Origin: Agathobacter sp.
GTDB lineage: Bacteria; Bacillota; Clostridia; Lachnospirales; Lachnospiraceae
Direction: 5' to 3'
DNA: 64,000 nt
Assembly (NCBI GenBank): GCA_045123895.1
Contig: JBGVKW010000059.1
Location: 3,360-67,359, forward strand
The position numbers were made by a program, and so were the translations under genes. This document shows positions 58,086 through 64,000 of the stretch, piece after piece. The notes below the pieces were generated by a model. It saw only the letters and a list, made by a program, of their open reading frames with translations, was not told the origin of the DNA and ran no database searches. Position 1 is the stretch's first letter. Each line of letters begins with the position of its first letter.

Positions 58086-58136
58086 AGAGAATATGCTATT
58101 ATTAGAAAAAATGTAAGTGTAATATGAGGATTAGAT

Positions 58137-58712
58137 ATGGCATATTTTCCAATGTATGTTGATATAACAAATAAGGACTGCCTGATTGTAGGCGGTGGAA
58201 AAGTAGCACTTCGCAAGGTTGAAGTGCTACTTGATTTTAAGGCAAAAGTTTGTGTTGTAGCGCAGGAGGTCTGTGAGCAGATAAAGGCCTTAGAGGATGA
58301 AGGAAAAATTACGGTACTTGAGAGAGAATTTATAGATAAGGATATAGAAAAACGTTTTCTTGTGGTTGCTGCAACGAATCAAAAGGAGTTAAACCATAGG
58401 ATTTCAATACTGGCGTCACAAAAAAATATTCCAGTTAATGCAGTTGATCAAATAGAAGACTGCTATTTTATTTTTCCAGCGTATGTAAAGGAGAAGGAGC
58501 TTGTGGCTTCTTTTTCAAGCAGTGGAAAAAGCCCTGTTACAGTACAGTATCTAAAGCAAAAGGAAAAAGAGATACTGACTCCTAGACTTGGAGAGATAAA
58601 TGATTATCTTGGGGCTATTAGACAGGAAATCATAGAAAAATATGATGATGAAAAGCAAAGAAGAGCGGCGTTTAAAGAAATATTGGAAAAAGCCCTTTCG
58701 GAAGAAATATAA
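58137..58712 (+). CDS. Precorrin-2 dehydrogenase/sirohydrochlorin ferrochelatase (SirC/Met8/CysG N-terminal type)
   Basis: YFPMYVDI, VGGGKVALRK, VNAVD, FIFPA, SSSGKSP. Confidence 0.88.
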   Translation: MAYFPMYVDITNKDCLIVGGGKVALRKVEVLLDFKAKVCVVAQEVCEQIKALEDEGKITVLEREFIDKDIEKRFLVVAATNQKELNHRISILASQKNIPVNAVDQIEDCYFIFPAYVKEKELVASFSSSGKSPVTVQYLKQKEKEILTPRLGEINDYLGAIRQEIIEKYDDEKQRRAAFKEILEKALSEEI

Positions 58713-58731
58713 AACAGGAAACAGGTAAAAA

Positions 58732-59634
58732 ATGCATTATATTATTGGAACAAGAGGTTCAAAACTTGCACTTTTGCAGACTGAATCGGTAATGAAAAAA
58801 TTAAAAAAAGCTTATCCTGATGATTCTTTTTCTATAAAAATCATAAAGACAACAGGTGATAAAAATCAGATTCAGGCTTTGGATAAGATAGGTTCAAAAG
58901 GTCTTTTCACAGATGAAATAGAGAAGGAACTTTTATCGGGAGAGATTGCCATGGCTGTCCATTCCATGAAGGATATGCCAGATACCCCACAGAAAGGGCT
59001 TACTTTTTCAAAAGCATGGAAGCGGGAAGATCCAAGAGATGTGTTAGTTTTAAAAAATCATAAAAGTCTTGATGAACTTCCAATAGGTGCGACAATTGCT
59101 ACGGGAAGTAAGAGAAGAGCATATCAGATAAAGAAGATTCGACCGGACATAAATATCGTGGGAATACGGGGGAATGTTGATACCAGAATTAGAAAATTAC
59201 GGGATGAAAATGAAAATCTCGATGGTATCGTACTAGCAGCAGCAGGCTTAAATAGGATTGGAAGAGCGGATGAGATTACACAGTACTTAGAGCCTGACGA
59301 AATGATTCCAGCGCCTTCACAGGGGACACTCGCCCTTGAGGTCAAAGAGGATAATGTAACATTGCTTGAGAAGCTTAATGCATTATCAGATAATCAAAGT
59401 CAGCTTGCAGTAGACGCAGAGAGAGGTTTTTTAAAGGCAATAGGAGGAGATTGTCATTTACCAATCGGTGCATACCTCAATGAACAAAAAGAATTGATGG
59501 CACTATTTGGAGATGAAAATGGTTCGGTGCTCGCAAGGACTGTTGTTAAGCTTTCTGGCGAGTCAAAGGAAGAAATAGAAAACGCAGTACAAAAGGCTGT
59601 AAAGGAAATAAAACTACAGCTTGAGGATAAATAG
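58732..59634 (+). CDS. hemC: Hydroxymethylbilane synthase
   Basis: GTRGSKLAL, AVHSMKD, RGNVDTR, PAPSQG, GGDCH. Confidence 0.95.
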   Translation: MHYIIGTRGSKLALLQTESVMKKLKKAYPDDSFSIKIIKTTGDKNQIQALDKIGSKGLFTDEIEKELLSGEIAMAVHSMKDMPDTPQKGLTFSKAWKREDPRDVLVLKNHKSLDELPIGATIATGSKRRAYQIKKIRPDINIVGIRGNVDTRIRKLRDENENLDGIVLAAAGLNRIGRADEITQYLEPDEMIPAPSQGTLALEVKEDNVTLLEKLNALSDNQSQLAVDAERGFLKAIGGDCHLPIGAYLNEQKELMALFGDENGSVLARTVVKLSGESKEEIENAVQKAVKEIKLQLEDK

Positions 59635-59635
59635 G

Positions 59636-61156
59636 ATGACAGGAAAAGTTACGCTTATTGGAGCAGGACCGGGTAATCCGGATTTGCTAACCATTAAAGG
59701 AAAAGAAAAAATTGAACAGGCGGATTGCATAATCTATGACAGACTTGCATCACCAAAGCTTTTAGGCTATGCAAAAAAGGACTGTGAATTTATATATGTT
59801 GGAAAAGAGAACCACCATCATACAATGAAGCAGGACGATATTAATGAACTTCTGTATCAGAAGGCACTTTTGGGGAAAGATATTGTCCGATTGAAGGGCG
59901 GAGACCCTTATGTGTTTGGAAGAGGTGGAGAGGAGGCTCTTTTTCTCATAGAAAGAAATATTGAAGTGGAAGTGGTTTCCGGAATAAGCTCTTCCATTGC
60001 GGCACTTGCTGATGCCGGTATTCCAATTACCCACAGAGGTCTGTCGAAGGGCTTTCAGGTTATTACCGGACACAGTAGAAAGGATAAGCCGGCAGAGATT
60101 GATTATTCACAGCTGATGGACCCCACAGTGACGTATGTGTTTTTGATGGGGCTTTCCCATGTAAGGGAAATTGCAAACGGATTAATTGAAGCGGGAAGAG
60201 ACAAAAATACTCCTGCAGCAGTTGTATCAAACGGAACCACTGCCAGACAGAGAAAGTCTGTAGGAACACTTGAAAATATTGCGGAGCTTGTGGAAAGAGA
60301 CCAGCTGCCGTTACCTGCCATTATCGTTGTGGGGGATGTTGTTACTTTATCAGATAAACTGAATTTTTTTGAGAAGCGAGTATTATTTGGGCAAAAGTTT
60401 CTGGTTCCGTATATTGAGTCCTTTAAATTTGATTTTTCAAAGGGGATTATTCCTGAAAAAAAGGAGGATTACTTTGATTCTAAGCTTGAAGTGACCCTTA
60501 GGAAAAATGGGGCACATGTAGATACTCTTTTGATAGGAAAAATCAAACCTGTTGAAATAGAAAGGTCTGTATTTTTAAATCTACTAAAGGCAGACTGGTT
60601 TATTTTTACAAGTCAGAATGCTGTAAATTCCTTTTTCTGGAATCTAAGGAAAAATGGTCTTGATGCAAGGTCAATTGGGGATGCAAAGATTGCAGTTGTT
60701 GGAAGCCGTACCAATCAGTGTCTGGAGAAATTTGGGCTGTGTGCAGATTTGATTCCGGACAAACAGACAGCAAAAGATTTGTGCGAAGCATTGTTGGATT
60801 TGATTAATGACAACAAAAAAATTGTTTTTTTCTCAGGAAAAGAATCCAGTCCAGAAATAGAGGCGATGTTATCAGATAATAATGAACTAACAAAACAGGT
60901 ATGCTATGTAAATGAAGTCGTCTCGAATGAGGGAACTGTAATTCATTATGAGGATTATGATGGAGTTGTTTTCACAAGTGCATCATCTGTAAGAAGGTCG
61001 CTTAGTCTTTCGGATGGAACAAGACCAAAGAAGGTTTTTTCTATTGGACCGAGTTGTTCTATGGAAGTGGAAAAGCATGGAATTACTGAGTTTGAAGAGG
61101 CAAAAGAGCACAATTATAAGGGCTTAATTGACATGGTTATTGGTAGGAATAAATAA
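59636..61156 (+). CDS. cobA: Uroporphyrinogen-III C-methyltransferase / synthase fusion (CobA-HemD)
   Basis: GAGPG, RLKGGDP..FGRG, FTSQNAV, FTSASSV. Confidence 0.9.
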   Translation: MTGKVTLIGAGPGNPDLLTIKGKEKIEQADCIIYDRLASPKLLGYAKKDCEFIYVGKENHHHTMKQDDINELLYQKALLGKDIVRLKGGDPYVFGRGGEEALFLIERNIEVEVVSGISSSIAALADAGIPITHRGLSKGFQVITGHSRKDKPAEIDYSQLMDPTVTYVFLMGLSHVREIANGLIEAGRDKNTPAAVVSNGTTARQRKSVGTLENIAELVERDQLPLPAIIVVGDVVTLSDKLNFFEKRVLFGQKFLVPYIESFKFDFSKGIIPEKKEDYFDSKLEVTLRKNGAHVDTLLIGKIKPVEIERSVFLNLLKADWFIFTSQNAVNSFFWNLRKNGLDARSIGDAKIAVVGSRTNQCLEKFGLCADLIPDKQTAKDLCEALLDLINDNKKIVFFSGKESSPEIEAMLSDNNELTKQVCYVNEVVSNEGTVIHYEDYDGVVFTSASSVRRSLSLSDGTRPKKVFSIGPSCSMEVEKHGITEFEEAKEHNYKGLIDMVIGRNK

Positions 61157-61158
61157 TT

Positions 61159-61241
61159 CCTACTAAAATGATAGGAAACTATTGATAAGCGAATATTTTA
61201 GTGATAGAATACCGAGTGTGATATAAATCACACTCGGTATT
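61159..61241 (+). promoter_or_regulatory. CCTA-N9-TAGG motif and a perfect 15-bp inverted repeat containing TGTGA-N6-TCACA
   Basis: TTCCTA-ctaaaatga-TAGGAA 61157-77; AATACCGAGTGTGAT/ATCACACTCGGTATT 61208-41. Confidence 0.6.
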
Positions 61242-61278
61242 GTTGTATATGTAATAAACGAAATAAAGGGAAGAACAA

Positions 61279-62247
61279 ATGATTAGAACAAGAAGACTAA
61301 GAAATAGTGAAAAACTAAGAAGTTTGGTGAGGGAGAATGCGGTCAGAATTGATGAACTTATTTACCCGGTTTTTGTTGTTGAAGGCAAAAATCAGATAAA
61401 TCCAATTGAGTCAATGCCTGGAATTTGCCAGTATTCCCTGGACCATTTGCTTGAAGAAATAGGACGAGCAGTAGAGCTTGGAATAAATGCTGTGCTTTTA
61501 TTTGGCATTCCGCTACATAAGGATGAGGTTGGAAGCTCGGCATATGCAGAGGATGGAATCATCCCAAGAGCAATTGATTTGATAAAGAATGAGTATCCGG
61601 ATCTGATTGTAATTGCAGATGTATGTTTGTGTGAATACACATCCCATGGTCACTGCGGACTCATAAAAGATGGTACAATTTTAAATGATGAGACACTTCC
61701 TCTTTTGGCAAAGGCGGCAGTGGTATATGCACAGGCGGGTGCTGATATTATTGCACCAAGTGACATGATGGATTTTCGTGTTGCGGCCATAAGAGATGCA
61801 TTGGATGAGGCTGATTGCAAGGATGTTCCAATTCTTTCATATAGTGCTAAATTTGCATCTGGATACTATGGACCGTTTAGGGATGCTGCTCATTCTGCTC
61901 CGGGTTTTGGAGATAGAAAAACATACCAGATGGATCCGGCAAATGGAAAAGAGGCACTTCGTGAGGTGGAGGAAGACATATTAGAGGGTGCTGATTTTAT
62001 TATTGCAAAACCAGCTCTTGCATATATGGATGTGATAAAGGAAATTGCCTTAAATTACAATATTCCAATTGTTGCATACAACGTAAGTGGTGAGTATGCC
62101 ATGGTAAAGGCAGCAGCACAAAACGGCTGGATAGATGAGAAAAAAATTGTTATGGAAAATATGGTAGGACTTAAGAGAGCCGGCGCTACTGCTATTATTA
62201 CATATCATGCATTAGATGTAGCAAGATGGCTTAGAGAGGAACAATAG
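61279..62247 (+). CDS. hemB: Porphobilinogen synthase (ALA dehydratase)
   Basis: RTRRLR, CLCEYTSHGHC, PSDMMD, YGPFRDA, YQMDP, AYNVSGEY. Confidence 0.96.
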   Translation: MIRTRRLRNSEKLRSLVRENAVRIDELIYPVFVVEGKNQINPIESMPGICQYSLDHLLEEIGRAVELGINAVLLFGIPLHKDEVGSSAYAEDGIIPRAIDLIKNEYPDLIVIADVCLCEYTSHGHCGLIKDGTILNDETLPLLAKAAVVYAQAGADIIAPSDMMDFRVAAIRDALDEADCKDVPILSYSAKFASGYYGPFRDAAHSAPGFGDRKTYQMDPANGKEALREVEEDILEGADFIIAKPALAYMDVIKEIALNYNIPIVAYNVSGEYAMVKAAAQNGWIDEKKIVMENMVGLKRAGATAIITYHALDVARWLREEQ

Positions 62248-63348
62248 ATGACATTAGTTTTAGAAAATAACATATGGGTTTTGTGGGGGATAATAACTTT
62301 TGCAGTTGCACTTAGTGTATGGCTTGAAAGTCGTTTCAAGTGGGCGGCTAAGCTTTCGGCACTTGTAATTGTGCTAGTGCTTGGAATTGTCTTATCGAAT
62401 GTGAGAGTGATTCCAAAATCCTCAGGGGTATATGATGTGGTAACTGATTATCTGGTTCCGCTTGCCCTTGCGTTTTTGTTGTTTAGAGCAGACCTTAAAA
62501 AAATCTGTAAAGAATCTGGAAGGATGCTTATAGCTTTTCTGATAGGGGCTTTGGGAACTGTTGTAGGAAGTTTCGTTGCGTATTTAGCTTTTTACAAGGC
62601 ATTAAGAGTACTCCCGGGACTTACAGCTATGTTTACAGGTACATACACCGGCGGAAGCGTAAATTTTGCAGCACTTAGTGTGTCCTTTGATGTGCCGAAA
62701 AAAATGGTTTCTGCGGCTACTATCGCAGATAATCTGAATATGGCGGTCTACTTTTTTATACTATTATCAATTCCTGTGAAAATGAGTATTGATAAAAAAA
62801 CAGAATCGCAGCCTAAAGAAGCTGAGAAAAAAGAGATTTCACTCACAAGTCTTGCAATTGGAATAGCTTCTGCCGTAATAATTGTTGCAGCCTCGCAGAA
62901 ACTAGGAAACATTATTGGTAATCAGTATTTGTGGATAACTACTTTATCTGTAGCATGTGCCACACTATTTCCAAATGTTTTTGGTAAAATTGCAGGACTT
63001 CAGGAACTTGGAACATTTTTTATTTACTGCTTTATGTTTGTAATAGGAGCACCGGCATCTATTAGTGAAATTATAAAAAATTCACCATATCTATTGGTGT
63101 TTGCAATGATAATTGTTCTATTTAATATGATTTTTACCTTTGCTGGTGGAAAATTATTAAAGTTTGACAGAAAAACCTTGATAATTGCATCAAATGCAAA
63201 TGTGGGTGGTCCTACAACGGCCGCCAGTATGGCAATTGCAAAGGGGTGGGATGAACTTGTAGGACCCGCACTTTTGATTGGAAGTTTAGGATATGTAATA
63301 GGTAATTATCTCGGACTTATGGTAGGTTATGTCTGTGGTTTGTTTTAA
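62248..63348 (+). CDS. DUF819 family multi-pass membrane protein (putative transporter)
   Basis: LSNVRVIP, LVPLALAFLLFRADL, TYTGGSVNF, ASNANVGGPTTA..MA..KGW. Confidence 0.85.
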   Translation: MTLVLENNIWVLWGIITFAVALSVWLESRFKWAAKLSALVIVLVLGIVLSNVRVIPKSSGVYDVVTDYLVPLALAFLLFRADLKKICKESGRMLIAFLIGALGTVVGSFVAYLAFYKALRVLPGLTAMFTGTYTGGSVNFAALSVSFDVPKKMVSAATIADNLNMAVYFFILLSIPVKMSIDKKTESQPKEAEKKEISLTSLAIGIASAVIIVAASQKLGNIIGNQYLWITTLSVACATLFPNVFGKIAGLQELGTFFIYCFMFVIGAPASISEIIKNSPYLLVFAMIIVLFNMIFTFAGGKLLKFDRKTLIIASNANVGGPTTAASMAIAKGWDELVGPALLIGSLGYVIGNYLGLMVGYVCGLF

Positions 63349-63398
63349 CATAAAGGCGCGCAAATTCTTTTAAAACTTAAATGTAAAAGGAGAAATAT

Positions 63399-64000
63399 AT
63401 GAAACACAGTGTGCTGGATGATATTTCAGAAAGCTGTTTGGAAAAGCTTAAAGAAAATGGGGAAATCCTTGAGCTTAAAAAGGGTGAGCAAATTTTTGAT
63501 GAAAATGAAAGTGATAATCTGTATTTTGTCCTAAAAGGATACGTGTCAATTTACAGAGCAAGTCGTTACGGAGAAGACAGAATAATCTTTATCTGTGCAA
63601 AAAACGAGATTCTAAATGAACTGGTTGTAACCTGTGGAATTTCATGTGTCTTAGCAAAAGCTGTAAGTGATGTGTGTCTCTTACAGGTCAGAGGAAATCT
63701 GATAAAGCAGATTATGGCAGAGCATAAAGATTTTTCAGAGAAGCTTTTGGAATCATTAAGCAGTAAAACAAGAAGATTGTATCATCAGACGGGAAATGAC
63801 AGTGGAGTTTATCCACTTAAAAAGCATGTGGCAGTAAAGATATGGAAGCTTGCAAAAGACAATGGTGTAAACAACCATGAGGGAAGAAAAGTTGATTTTG
63901 AGGTATCAGTAAAAATGCTTTCTATGATGCTTGGCGCAAAAAGGGAATCTGTATCAAGGGAGGTGTCAGACTTAAGGAGAATGGGGATAGTTTCCTTTGA
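63399..64000 (+). CDS. Crp/Fnr family regulator (3' end outside window)
   Basis: Not in ORF track. AAGGAG RBS; LYFVLKGYVSIYR cNMP-binding fold; MLGAKRESVSRE HTH. Confidence 0.85.
   Translation, partial: MKHSVLDDISESCLEKLKENGEILELKKGEQIFDENESDNLYFVLKGYVSIYRASRYGEDRIIFICAKNEILNELVVTCGISCVLAKAVSDVCLLQVRGNLIKQIMAEHKDFSEKLLESLSSKTRRLYHQTGNDSGVYPLKKHVAVKIWKLAKDNGVNNHEGRKVDFEVSVKMLSMMLGAKRESVSREVSDLRRMGIVSF

Overview
Low-GC Firmicutes chromosome (Clostridia, Lachnospiraceae-like; inferred from gene content, no species call possible). 1-~5440 is the right end of a serine-recombinase element integrated in the 3' end of rlmD/rumA. It carries an Abi_2/AbiF-family gene behind a ~70-nt structured, terminator-ended leader RNA, an HTH-STAND-TPR gene with a LexA-type box in its promoter, a SHOCT-like ORF and a large serine recombinase; the STAND gene and the recombinase are each interrupted by one in-frame TAG. 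Next come arsC, an IS6-like DDE element (8-bp TSD, long internal hairpin), plsY-ugtP, a membrane-tethered ECF sigma factor and a 7TM HD-GYP protein. A patchwork stress/detox region follows (PadR, Nim-like, MIF-like, AAC(3)/YokD, deletion-scarred MerR and antiporter remnants, TetR, MBL hydrolase, csoR-copA), then a starch/maltodextrin locus, a GH10-2xCBM13 xylanase and a BceRS-AB-like module. 44-63 kb is a large sulfur-assimilation island: sulfate ABC, AprAB-type APS reductase, CysDN, TrxB, a ~285-bp nested palindrome, MetY, half-size siroheme sulfite reductase, TusA, Trx, ThiS/ThiF/JAB sulfur-carrier relay, siroheme genes without hemA/hemL, DUF819 and a Crp/Fnr gene that runs off the end. No rRNA, tRNA or CRISPR array was seen. 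All family assignments come from motif recognition by eye, not database searches.
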